64,000 nucleotides of DNA from a virus (lineage: Duplodnaviria; Caudoviricetes), in IMG/VR virus record IMGVR_UViG_3300029288_000002, positions 1 through 64,000 of that record, one strand, 5' to 3'. Positions 39,523 to 48,225 of this stretch are shown piece after piece; within the stretch, counting starts at the first letter, position 1, and each line of letters begins with the position of its first letter. The notes under the pieces were generated by a model. The model did no database searches. It worked only from the letters and a program-made list of their open reading frames with translations, and was not told where the DNA came from. The position numbers were made by a program, and so were the translations under genes.

Positions 39523-41166
39523 CTATTTCTCTACAGTATTCTGACCAGTACTACGAGTTGATTCCCCGCCTTCTGATAATTTATCATCTTCTACCTGTGG
39601 TCTACCGCCGGTAGATGCACCTGCTTTACCCATAGTAAACGAAGTTTGAATTGGGGTCAGTTTATCAACAAATCCCATTGCTTTACCCTCTTCTATCATT
39701 CTCAGGAAATTATGATATTCCATACCTAAACTTGATGCAAGCTTCTGTGGCATACAAATACCAAGACTAAGCAAATCCTTTTGAGTTTGAAACTTCTTTT
39801 CATAATCACCAGGAAAACGGCAACCCTCAAATTCAAACGAGAACTTGTTTTTAGTTCTCATATTGATATAATAGTCCATAAAATCGTTGAACTGAGGATA
39901 TAAGGATTCAACCAATTGTTCATCTACTGCTAAACTTAACAGACTCTCCTGAACATTAGCTTTTACATCTGATGTAAATATTAGCGATGTGTTGATACCA
40001 CTTGTAGCTAACGCAGATTTTAAATATGAATTATAGACTTTAGAGTTATCACCAACTAAATCAAAACTCTTAGTCTCCATATTAGTTAGTGGAGCAGCAG
40101 CAACCTTAATAACTTCGCTATTTATTGCCTGTTTCACCAAATTCATAAATATATTAAGCTCTTGCGGTGACAGTGCTAACATATCACTAATCTTCAAGGC
40201 TTTAGTGTCTTTGTTTAGCATAGGTATCTCACCTACAATTAGTTTGCTGGCAGCAGCAATAAATATATTCCGCTGAAGTCCTCTCATCAAAGGTTGCAAA
40301 ACCAAATCTGAATACATAGAGCTAAAAAAGGGAACAATTGACGCCATCTCAGGACTAAGTTTGAATACAAAGAAACCCAAGTCTGGTTCACAACCGCACC
40401 ATTGAGCAAAGACATTTTCGGTTCTGTGGTTTAAAGCAATATGAGGATTATAAAAATAAGACGCTTCTCCCTTAGAACGTTCCTTTGCTTCTTTCGCATT
40501 CATATGAAACGTGTTCATAAACATAGTCTTAAAAATAGGTGGATAAAGATCAATATCAACTGTTGGTTGCAAAAACCAAGTCATATCAAAATCAAAAAGA
40601 AATCCATATCCAAAACGACCTGTTAACAAGCATCTGTCAGTAGGAAGTTGTTGAATAAAATATCTATCCCCCTCAGCCCATAAACAACCATAAAAGATTT
40701 CCTCTTTTAGCAATTGTTTAGTGACCATTCTAAATTGTTTTTCGGCTTTGAACTTAGTCATAAAGTCAGTAATAGTCTTTACATCTTTTTTATAGGCTTT
40801 GCTATTATAGTCATCAGTATCAGACGTATAAGTATAATCAAAAGCTAACATATTAGCAAGATATTCTATAATCCTTTTAAACGGCATACTCGCAGTATAG
40901 AAATATTCAGAATATCCTCGTAACGTTTTTTCATTAGAACGAGGATCAAGCATTGCCGCGTCTATATTCTCTTGTGTTGCAACTACAGGGTTATAGTTAA
41001 TATTTTGCATTTGGGCATTTATTGTTTGAGGAGTCCAAGCACCTCCACCATAAATACCAGGAAAATTAGCAGTAATAGCATTTGCAAAAGTAAGTATCTT
41101 TACAACTTGATCTACAGTCATTTCTTCAACATTCTCAGTCTCATTTTTTACATTTTCTTCACTCAA
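39523..41166 (-). CDS. portal protein
   Basis: 547 aa directly after TerL; C-terminal 'GGRP' tail. Confidence 0.8.
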   Translation of the reverse strand: MSEENVKNETENVEEMTVDQVVKILTFANAITANFPGIYGGGAWTPQTINAQMQNINYNPVVATQENIDAAMLDPRSNEKTLRGYSEYFYTASMPFKRIIEYLANMLAFDYTYTSDTDDYNSKAYKKDVKTITDFMTKFKAEKQFRMVTKQLLKEEIFYGCLWAEGDRYFIQQLPTDRCLLTGRFGYGFLFDFDMTWFLQPTVDIDLYPPIFKTMFMNTFHMNAKEAKERSKGEASYFYNPHIALNHRTENVFAQWCGCEPDLGFFVFKLSPEMASIVPFFSSMYSDLVLQPLMRGLQRNIFIAAASKLIVGEIPMLNKDTKALKISDMLALSPQELNIFMNLVKQAINSEVIKVAAAPLTNMETKSFDLVGDNSKVYNSYLKSALATSGINTSLIFTSDVKANVQESLLSLAVDEQLVESLYPQFNDFMDYYINMRTKNKFSFEFEGCRFPGDYEKKFQTQKDLLSLGICMPQKLASSLGMEYHNFLRMIEEGKAMGFVDKLTPIQTSFTMGKAGASTGGRPQVEDDKLSEGGESTRSTGQNTVEK

Positions 41167-41192
41167 AATATTATACCTCCTTTACTGCTAAT

Positions 41193-43022
41193 TTAGACAA
41201 CACACACAAATTGACTTAAATAATCTAACATTGATTCTTCTTTTTGTTCTTTGAGTAGGTTTATATCGAAACAATTAGCTATAATATAGTTCGCGTACAG
41301 CATTGTCGTAAATCTATCTTTTACATGACCGGATTGTTCAGTTAATCTAACTAAGCCATTTACAATGCTCATATCCAAATTAACACACTCGTTTATCAAC
41401 AAGTTTGTTTGAGTATATGGATTCATCAAATAGCTATAAGTGTCAGGGTCTTCGTTTGAAGCTAAAAATTCTTTGTTGTTTTTTAATAGCCATACTTCGG
41501 CATCACTGTCTGTAATAAGAAACTTCCACATTTTGCGTTGTAATGACGCCCTCAATGACGCTGCCATTACACTGTTTAATTGCTGAGTTGCTCTAATTGG
41601 ATATATTACTGGTAACGCATCTACCCCCATTGTTGCAGCCCGTAATTCCTTAGCTAAAATATCATCTACAATAAGATCATCAACTACTGTAAACGCAGGA
41701 TAGGGAATCCCTCGTTCTTCGTGTGTCAAAGATTGGCTAAGTATGTCGAATACTGACTTCCCTGCTTGTTGCAAATCAAGAACAACATAATCTGCCCCAA
41801 AATCAAAAAATGTTTCTTTTATTTTTTGAGATTGTAAAACAACATTTGCCCCTTTATATGATTCCATACCTACCAAATATCTATCGTATCCTTTTCCTTG
41901 CATTGGCAGTAGGCGAATGGTTGATATAACAGAGTTATCATTCCCTCTTCCTGCACGAGTAGCAATATCTACTGATACTATTCTAATCTCACCAAGAGCT
42001 TTAGGCATAGATAATGTGGTTTTACGCTTATTGAAATCTTCGTTTTTTGTGACATAAAAAGCACGACTAACATTTCGAGTAAAAAACGCTGGCTTGAAAT
42101 AACTTTTTCCACTTGTACCAGAAGGAATATTTAAATATTCCATTTGTACAGCCATAGGGTCAGTATCTTTCATTTCATTGCGTAGCATTAGCTTAGTCTT
42201 AATATTATGATGTATTGCAACACTATAATCCAACGCCATAAACTTATTGCTAACGTCCCCTGCTACCATAGACTTAATTACAGATTTCACTGCACTAAAC
42301 CAATATTCTGATTTATACCACGCAGACGTAATATAACTAATTCTACCTTCTTCAATATACCTTTTATCGTTAGTATATTGTTTGTCAGTTCTAAATAAAG
42401 GAGTGCGCGAATATAAAAAAGGTCGAAGAACCGACTCGATAATTTCTCGCGGTACTAACTTAGATTCTTCAACAATAATATAATTTGCTCTGTGACCTAA
42501 ACTATTAACACTTGCTGAAACAACTTCGATTGTCGAACCGCAATTAAAATATGCTTTATATTCGTTAGAGTTAGTAGTAATTTTAGTAATTTCTCTGGCC
42601 ACATTAGAATATTTATCTTGAAGACTTTTCAGTTTATCACTTAAAATTAAACCACCTTGCTTGATTGTCTTAGCACATATAACCACTTGCATACCAGGAT
42701 ACAATACAGCCAGTGTTAAAGCCCAAACAGCAATAATCCACGATTTACCAATAGCGCGTGATGCCACAATATATGCAATATTACTATTGTTTAGCATCCA
42801 TATCATAACAACTTGATAAGGATATAACTTTATTTGAAAGTATTGCTCAATAAAGATATGCGGGTTTTGTCGGTAAAATGTTATCCAGCGTTTTAGTCTT
42901 TCTTTCTTTTTATCACTAATAGTATCAGCAAGAGTCTTAGAACCGCCTAATGGTTTTGAGGCAGGATTTTTACTCTTTGCTCTTTGTAAATATTCGTTTT
43001 GATAATTTTTTACAGAAGGCAT
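41193..43022 (-). CDS. terL: terminase large subunit
   Basis: LYPYQ, Walker A 'ASRAIGKS', Walker B 'IIVEE', 'ITSA', 'MEY', nuclease 'VSVDIA', 'KDR'. Confidence 0.92.
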   Translation of the reverse strand: MPSVKNYQNEYLQRAKSKNPASKPLGGSKTLADTISDKKKERLKRWITFYRQNPHIFIEQYFQIKLYPYQVVMIWMLNNSNIAYIVASRAIGKSWIIAVWALTLAVLYPGMQVVICAKTIKQGGLILSDKLKSLQDKYSNVAREITKITTNSNEYKAYFNCGSTIEVVSASVNSLGHRANYIIVEESKLVPREIIESVLRPFLYSRTPLFRTDKQYTNDKRYIEEGRISYITSAWYKSEYWFSAVKSVIKSMVAGDVSNKFMALDYSVAIHHNIKTKLMLRNEMKDTDPMAVQMEYLNIPSGTSGKSYFKPAFFTRNVSRAFYVTKNEDFNKRKTTLSMPKALGEIRIVSVDIATRAGRGNDNSVISTIRLLPMQGKGYDRYLVGMESYKGANVVLQSQKIKETFFDFGADYVVLDLQQAGKSVFDILSQSLTHEERGIPYPAFTVVDDLIVDDILAKELRAATMGVDALPVIYPIRATQQLNSVMAASLRASLQRKMWKFLITDSDAEVWLLKNNKEFLASNEDPDTYSYLMNPYTQTNLLINECVNLDMSIVNGLVRLTEQSGHVKDRFTTMLYANYIIANCFDINLLKEQKEESMLDYLSQFVCVV

Positions 43023-43024
43023 TT

Positions 43025-44110
43025 TTATTCATCTCCTTCTTCTACTGGCATATCCTCGTCAACATCTTGCGATTCGTCTGTATCTCCCAAATCATCATCA
43101 ACACCAGAATAATCACGAGAACCAGTAATAAACGATTTTATAGGTCTTGTAATATGCTTATTAAAATAATACTCTATATTATCAACGTCTTTAAACACTT
43201 CCCGCCCTTCAAGCCAATCGGCAGGTTCGGTTTCTTCTATCATATTTACAAATCCACTAAATGTTTGTGCAGCTTGTCCACCATTAGCAGCACTAACTTT
43301 ACCAGGGTCAATGCTTGCGGTTTTCATCAAATCCTGCAACTGCTTTACACCATCGCGTAGTTCTTTCCAATCCCCTTCGAGTCTACACTTCTGAATGTGC
43401 AATTCCTCAAAGCATATTTGTCGTAGCAAACTTACTTCGGGAGCAGTACTACTTCTGCATGTGGCTGAATATTCTGCAAACTTATTCTCTAAAAATAAAT
43501 AATCTCCATATTCATAACCATCACCCCAAGTTTGAGCAAAGGTGCGCTTTGCATCATCAAATGCTTCTGCTTCATCTATGCTTTTTTCAGAGGACTCGTC
43601 ATAGCTATAGCATAATGACTTTTCTTCTTCTGTATCTGCATCTTTTATAGATAGCATCAACAGCTTTTTGTATTCGCCAAAAACCTTTTCGTCATCTAAA
43701 GACTTGTGTTGTAATTCAAGATTTTGTTTCATGAACACAACAGTCTCATGTGAATATTTTACATTGATCATTCTACACAGTCTATTTAGAGTGTTGTTGA
43801 TGTCATATTTCTCTTCTTGAAATATAGTTTTATATAGTGTATTGATACATTCTTGACAAATAGACATATATCCATTTGTGTCTAACGGATCAACAGCCGC
43901 ATAAAACTTTGCTTTAGGTAAATCCCGTTGACATTTACGACAATATAATTTCTTCTTTGCAGTCTTAGTTGCTTGTGCGATTTTGCCAAAATCAGGTACA
44001 CCCTCAGTAGTAGTAGCCATTGGGGGTCTACCACGATGTAATCCCATTAGACTTCTTCCTGTCTCTGGAATATCAGAATTTTCAAAATTATTCGCTTTAT
44101 CTCTGGTCAT
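43025..44110 (-). CDS. putative terminase small subunit
   Basis: Immediately upstream of TerL; CxxC...CxxC; helical and acidic C-terminus. Confidence 0.55.
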   Translation of the reverse strand: MTRDKANNFENSDIPETGRSLMGLHRGRPPMATTTEGVPDFGKIAQATKTAKKKLYCRKCQRDLPKAKFYAAVDPLDTNGYMSICQECINTLYKTIFQEEKYDINNTLNRLCRMINVKYSHETVVFMKQNLELQHKSLDDEKVFGEYKKLLMLSIKDADTEEEKSLCYSYDESSEKSIDEAEAFDDAKRTFAQTWGDGYEYGDYLFLENKFAEYSATCRSSTAPEVSLLRQICFEELHIQKCRLEGDWKELRDGVKQLQDLMKTASIDPGKVSAANGGQAAQTFSGFVNMIEETEPADWLEGREVFKDVDNIEYYFNKHITRPIKSFITGSRDYSGVDDDLGDTDESQDVDEDMPVEEGDE

Positions 44111-44562
44111 TGTTCACCTATATCACTTTCAATACCAATATTATCAGATTTACTGGAATCAAAAAGACCAGATAAGTCTGGTCTTTGAGAAGTTATTACT
44201 TTTTCGGTTTCACTCATTTGTCTAAGTATTCTTTTCCCATATTGAAAAGGAAACAGAATCTCTTTTTCATCTTCTGGTACACGCCAATCCACATATCTAA
44301 TTAACTCTCGCATGGCAGAAAATGTATTCAGAGCAAAAGATATAAACTGCGCATATTCGTAAGAAGGTTTGCCAGTAAAAGGGTTTCGTATATCCTTTGC
44401 TATAATCCATTCTTCTTTATGATACCAGACATTTTTTCTTTTACTGGTTGGTATTGCAGATTTAATCCTTACTCTTGTTCTAATTTCAGCATATATATTA
44501 TATACAAGCTGGTTATTTTCATCTAATGAACTTTCCGATACCCATTTAATTTCATCGCCCAT
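44107..44562 (-). CDS. hypothetical protein
   Basis: 151 aa, ATGA overlap with the next gene. Confidence 0.6.
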   Translation of the reverse strand: MGDEIKWVSESSLDENNQLVYNIYAEIRTRVRIKSAIPTSKRKNVWYHKEEWIIAKDIRNPFTGKPSYEYAQFISFALNTFSAMRELIRYVDWRVPEDEKEILFPFQYGKRILRQMSETEKVITSQRPDLSGLFDSSKSDNIGIESDIGEQ

Positions 44563-44568
44563 AACTAA

Positions 44569-45576
44569 TTATACAAGCAATATTTTACGCTTCTCCTTCG
44601 TTAATAAATTAGTCTTAGCTCTGCCCATGCTACCGCAATTATCACAATGACAAACTTGATATTTTGCAGTAGCAGTATAGTAATAGTCATTTCCCCAAAC
44701 AAGAACGTCACTACCGCAATTCTTACAAACTGGCTGTTCGCCTTCTACCCAAACATTTAAATTCGGGTGATTAGTAATCCAGGGAAGAATCTTCAAGTAC
44801 AACATCTCAGTAATAGCAACATCGTTCTTATTATACTTTTGCATAGTGGCTAATGCTTCACTATCGCCAAAATAACACTTCTTCCAAAGCTCAAAGCCAC
44901 CAGTTTCAATTTTTTGTTCAAGACCAAGAAAGGCATTCACATAATCAAGTTTATTACTGGTCATAGAGAACTTGCTCTTCATCACCTTATACAAATCAAC
45001 AGAATGCTTATACTGGTTTGGCAGTAACAAACCATTCTTGATAAATCTACTATTCAACTTCTTTAAATCAAAACTATCGCCATTATATGTAACAACAATG
45101 TCTGCTTCATTGATCAGATTCCAAATTGACCTACAAATCCTATCATCATCGTGACTATTAGCTTCATCCGACGTTAGAACATCTGACATAATTTCTTTTT
45201 CAAATAACCATTTTGCCGACCAAGAAAACATTACATAGTCTTGAATGATATTACTTGGCTGAATTGTTTGATCATACGCACCCCACACAAACGCCAATAG
45301 AGGAGAGGTTTCAATATCAAAAACTAAAATCTTAGGTAAATCTTTTTTGGCTATTGTCTTTTGAGTAGTATACTCAGAAGTATTATCTAATGTATCAAAA
45401 TTACTTTGCTTAATTTTCAAGGATAAACCACGCGCTTTTCTTGCACGCTGGTACTTCTTACGCAAAGCATTTGCTGAACTAAATCCATAGAATAATGCTA
45501 ACTTATTCCAAAACTCTTTCTCATTAGCCTCATAGTGCTTAGAACACTCGTTAAATAATTCGTCATTCATTTTCAA
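44569..45576 (-). CDS. DEDD / RNase H-like 3'-5' exonuclease with C-terminal Zn ribbon
   Basis: FDIETSP, TYNGDSFD, KLDYV, YNKNDV; CKNC...CDNC. Confidence 0.88.
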   Translation of the reverse strand: MKMNDELFNECSKHYEANEKEFWNKLALFYGFSSANALRKKYQRARKARGLSLKIKQSNFDTLDNTSEYTTQKTIAKKDLPKILVFDIETSPLLAFVWGAYDQTIQPSNIIQDYVMFSWSAKWLFEKEIMSDVLTSDEANSHDDDRICRSIWNLINEADIVVTYNGDSFDLKKLNSRFIKNGLLLPNQYKHSVDLYKVMKSKFSMTSNKLDYVNAFLGLEQKIETGGFELWKKCYFGDSEALATMQKYNKNDVAITEMLYLKILPWITNHPNLNVWVEGEQPVCKNCGSDVLVWGNDYYYTATAKYQVCHCDNCGSMGRAKTNLLTKEKRKILLV

Positions 45577-46259
45577 TATCCTTTAATATCCTTTCCATAT
45601 TTAATCTCATAATAGAGATTTTCGTTTTCGTTATTCAACCTTGTTATTGCATCCATTGTATCTGTCACTTTAGCATTAAGCGCAAGCTCTTCTTTAGAAA
45701 CAACATCCCCTGTTTCAAGATCAGTACACACAATGTATAACATATTATCCTCTGGAATATCCTCAATGTCTAAATTATCATTGCTGAATTCGTCTTTTAC
45801 CATTGTTAAGTCTAATACAGGCAGTGGTCTTTTGAAAGCAGTCTCTTGTCGTATATCATCAGGTAAACTACTATCAGTATATCGTTCATTCCTTAGCCAT
45901 TTAGCTTTACGCATAAAATGCGAAGCAGTAAATCTAACATAGTCAACGCCTTCAATTACTCTATCGTAAAGATTAGACTTCCACTTATCGCCCTTATGAT
46001 ACACTCTCATTGCAAAGAAATTATTCCAATTTACTCCGTTACCCTCAGAAGCAGCTAAAAGAAAGAACTCTTCTATGCCTCTGATAACAAGATCAACCTT
46101 TTTCATTGGAATACCTGTTTGTTTTGATACCCATCTAACAAAGTGTTTACGCGCATATCTGCACGCAGTAACAGGGGGTTCTTTTCTACCTTTACCTTTG
46201 AAATTTCGGTAATTTGGATTCACACCAAGTTTCACTGTAATTATACCTACGCCTTTCAC
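45573..46259 (-). CDS. protein with HU/IHF-like domain
   Basis: 'FVRWVSKQTGIPMKKVDLVI...EG.GV.W.NF...VRFTAS' resembles the HU fold; acidic extension. Confidence 0.5.
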   Translation of the reverse strand: MKGVGIITVKLGVNPNYRNFKGKGRKEPPVTACRYARKHFVRWVSKQTGIPMKKVDLVIRGIEEFFLLAASEGNGVNWNNFFAMRVYHKGDKWKSNLYDRVIEGVDYVRFTASHFMRKAKWLRNERYTDSSLPDDIRQETAFKRPLPVLDLTMVKDEFSNDNLDIEDIPEDNMLYIVCTDLETGDVVSKEELALNAKVTDTMDAITRLNNENENLYYEIKYGKDIKGY

Positions 46260-46342
46260 TATGCTTTTGTACCAATTTATATGTTTCTTCGTTACATTAT
46301 CATATTATACGAAGTCATTTTATTATGATTACACGAAAATAC

Positions 46343-46939
46343 TTAATAATTTAATTCGTATAAAAAATTAAAAATATTTCCTTTTGTATTAAACCTATAA
46401 ACTGCACACTTATAATATTTATGATTCTTTATATAAGATGCGTTTATAGTAGATGTTTCTTCATTATCGCTTATCTTAGAAATCTCTTTTTCAATGTCTT
46501 TTAATCTAACAGAAAACACTTTGCAGGTCTTCTTGCTTTCGTTAACAATTGAAAATACAATCCACACAGGAGTCGTTCTCTTTTGTATTTCGATATATTG
46601 TCTAATTTTGTATACCTCAACGTCTATGGTTGAATACGAATCATTTCCAGAAGCCTTACTTTCAACCCAAAAATAAAAATCTCTTTTTGACTTAAACAAC
46701 ATATCAGGCATTATAAATATAGCATCTTCAAATAAAAGCCTGTGACCATGCAAAATGCCATATTCATCATAACCAGGTTCAATATATTGACAATTAAACC
46801 TGTTTTCAATAAACTCATAATTTTCTACTTCACCATCTTTTGCGCCAGCTATAAATTCCCATCCCTTAATTTCATATAACGAATCTCGCAAAAAGTTTTC
46901 AATGTTTTGTCCAAAAGAGTCTGTTTTTGATTTATTCAT
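46343..46939 (-). CDS. PD-(D/E)xK nuclease-like protein (paralog of 52890-53471)
   Basis: 'MPDMLF...WVESK'. Confidence 0.65.
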   Translation of the reverse strand: MNKSKTDSFGQNIENFLRDSLYEIKGWEFIAGAKDGEVENYEFIENRFNCQYIEPGYDEYGILHGHRLLFEDAIFIMPDMLFKSKRDFYFWVESKASGNDSYSTIDVEVYKIRQYIEIQKRTTPVWIVFSIVNESKKTCKVFSVRLKDIEKEISKISDNEETSTINASYIKNHKYYKCAVYRFNTKGNIFNFLYELNY

Positions 46940-47367
46940 TTGTTGCGAATATAACCCCTTTCTACTTTAGTATAGTTTGAGTTATTTTCAATAGTTTCTT
47001 TATAAACCTCGTCATCCTCTAATTCAGCAAATGTAATTAGTACTGGCTGATAACTTTGTTCAACTTCTCTTCGATATTTAGTGTCAAACTTCAAACAATC
47101 ATTCCAAGTTAAATCATCTTCGTGATTGAATGTGTATTTCTTCCATCTCTTCAATAACGCATTCTTTGGATTGGAACAACTTTGCCAAGATAGATATTTG
47201 CGAATAGCCTTTTCGGGAATCAAATAGTCTGGCGAACCTACCATAGTAAACTTAATTTCCATATAAACAAAAAGAATTGTTTGATAGGTTGATTTCCCAA
47301 AATACTGTAGTGATAAAGATTCTAAGTTTTCCAAATATAGAATTTCTTCTAAATCTTCATTGGTCAT
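46936..47367 (-). CDS. hypothetical protein (paralog of 53464-53874)
   Basis: 'LSLQYFGK..QTI', 'PEKAIRKY..WQS', 'H.DDLTW..C.K.D'. Confidence 0.7.
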   Translation of the reverse strand: MTNEDLEEILYLENLESLSLQYFGKSTYQTILFVYMEIKFTMVGSPDYLIPEKAIRKYLSWQSCSNPKNALLKRWKKYTFNHEDDLTWNDCLKFDTKYRREVEQSYQPVLITFAELEDDEVYKETIENNSNYTKVERGYIRNK

Positions 47368-47399
47368 ATTATCATCTCCTTTTAGACTCGACTATCTGT

Positions 47400-47428
47400 A
47401 GTATACACCCTCCCACTTACTTTGTCAA
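47400..47428 (-). promoter_or_regulatory. sigma70/sigA-type promoter
   Basis: TTGACA-17 nt-TATACT. Confidence 0.75.
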
Positions 47429-48225
47429 GTACCAGTTTCTTTCCCTCTAAACCTTTTCACATTTTGTCTAACCTTTTCCTTGCGCCGTAATTCTGCACAG
47501 TCTTTACAATACTTCTGATTTCTACGTTTAACAAACTCTTTACCACATGACTCACACGTGATTTTATCACCTAAATAACGATTACATTTGTCTAAAATAT
47601 CTATTTTACTTTTTATGTCTATTTCAAATGCAAACTCTGATGTATCATTTGCATATAACACCTTGATACTATCCATTTCACCAGCAATACCATCTATCAA
47701 TCCCCTTTGGTAAAACTCATATAACCATTCTTGTGTAACCTTTTTCTTACTTATGCTAATGTGTGCAGTCTGGATAATCTCCCATATATATTTGTTTGCA
47801 ACATAGTACCCATACATCTTTGGATATTCGTTCTCAATATCTCTTTTAGCAGTTGTGTATTTTAAAATCTTCGCATAACATAAAAGAATAAGTAGAAACT
47901 TGCGCTTTACAAAACCTTCTATTGACATAATCTTATCTACTTCGCCTTTTGTTATTGTCATACCTCCTACCTTTCTTAATTTAAATCTCATTCCTTGCTT
48001 TACTGCATTCTGAATTGCTTTGGCTTTCTTATATTCGTTGAAGTCGTTATAAGCCAATTCACATGCCGCAACTAACATTTGTTCTATTCGCACTTCGCCA
48101 AATCCTAAATTTCTTAGATGTTTAGCAAGTAAGGCAACTTGCCAAAAGGTAAAGTTGCCTACTTCTAAACCACACGTATAATATTGCTCTGCTAAGTCAT
48201 ATTCATTATAAATGTACTTTTGCAT
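47425..48225 (-). CDS. hypothetical protein with C-terminal Zn finger, coupled to the RNA polymerase gene
   Basis: CESCG...QKYCKDC; TAATG coupling. Confidence 0.65.
   Translation of the reverse strand: MQKYIYNEYDLAEQYYTCGLEVGNFTFWQVALLAKHLRNLGFGEVRIEQMLVAACELAYNDFNEYKKAKAIQNAVKQGMRFKLRKVGGMTITKGEVDKIMSIEGFVKRKFLLILLCYAKILKYTTAKRDIENEYPKMYGYYVANKYIWEIIQTAHISISKKKVTQEWLYEFYQRGLIDGIAGEMDSIKVLYANDTSEFAFEIDIKSKIDILDKCNRYLGDKITCESCGKEFVKRRNQKYCKDCAELRRKEKVRQNVKRFRGKETGT

Noticed and set aside
42455-42485. Terminase Walker B reads IIVEE rather than the usual hhhDE
   Set aside because: A conservative change with all other motifs intact; not enough to claim altered function.
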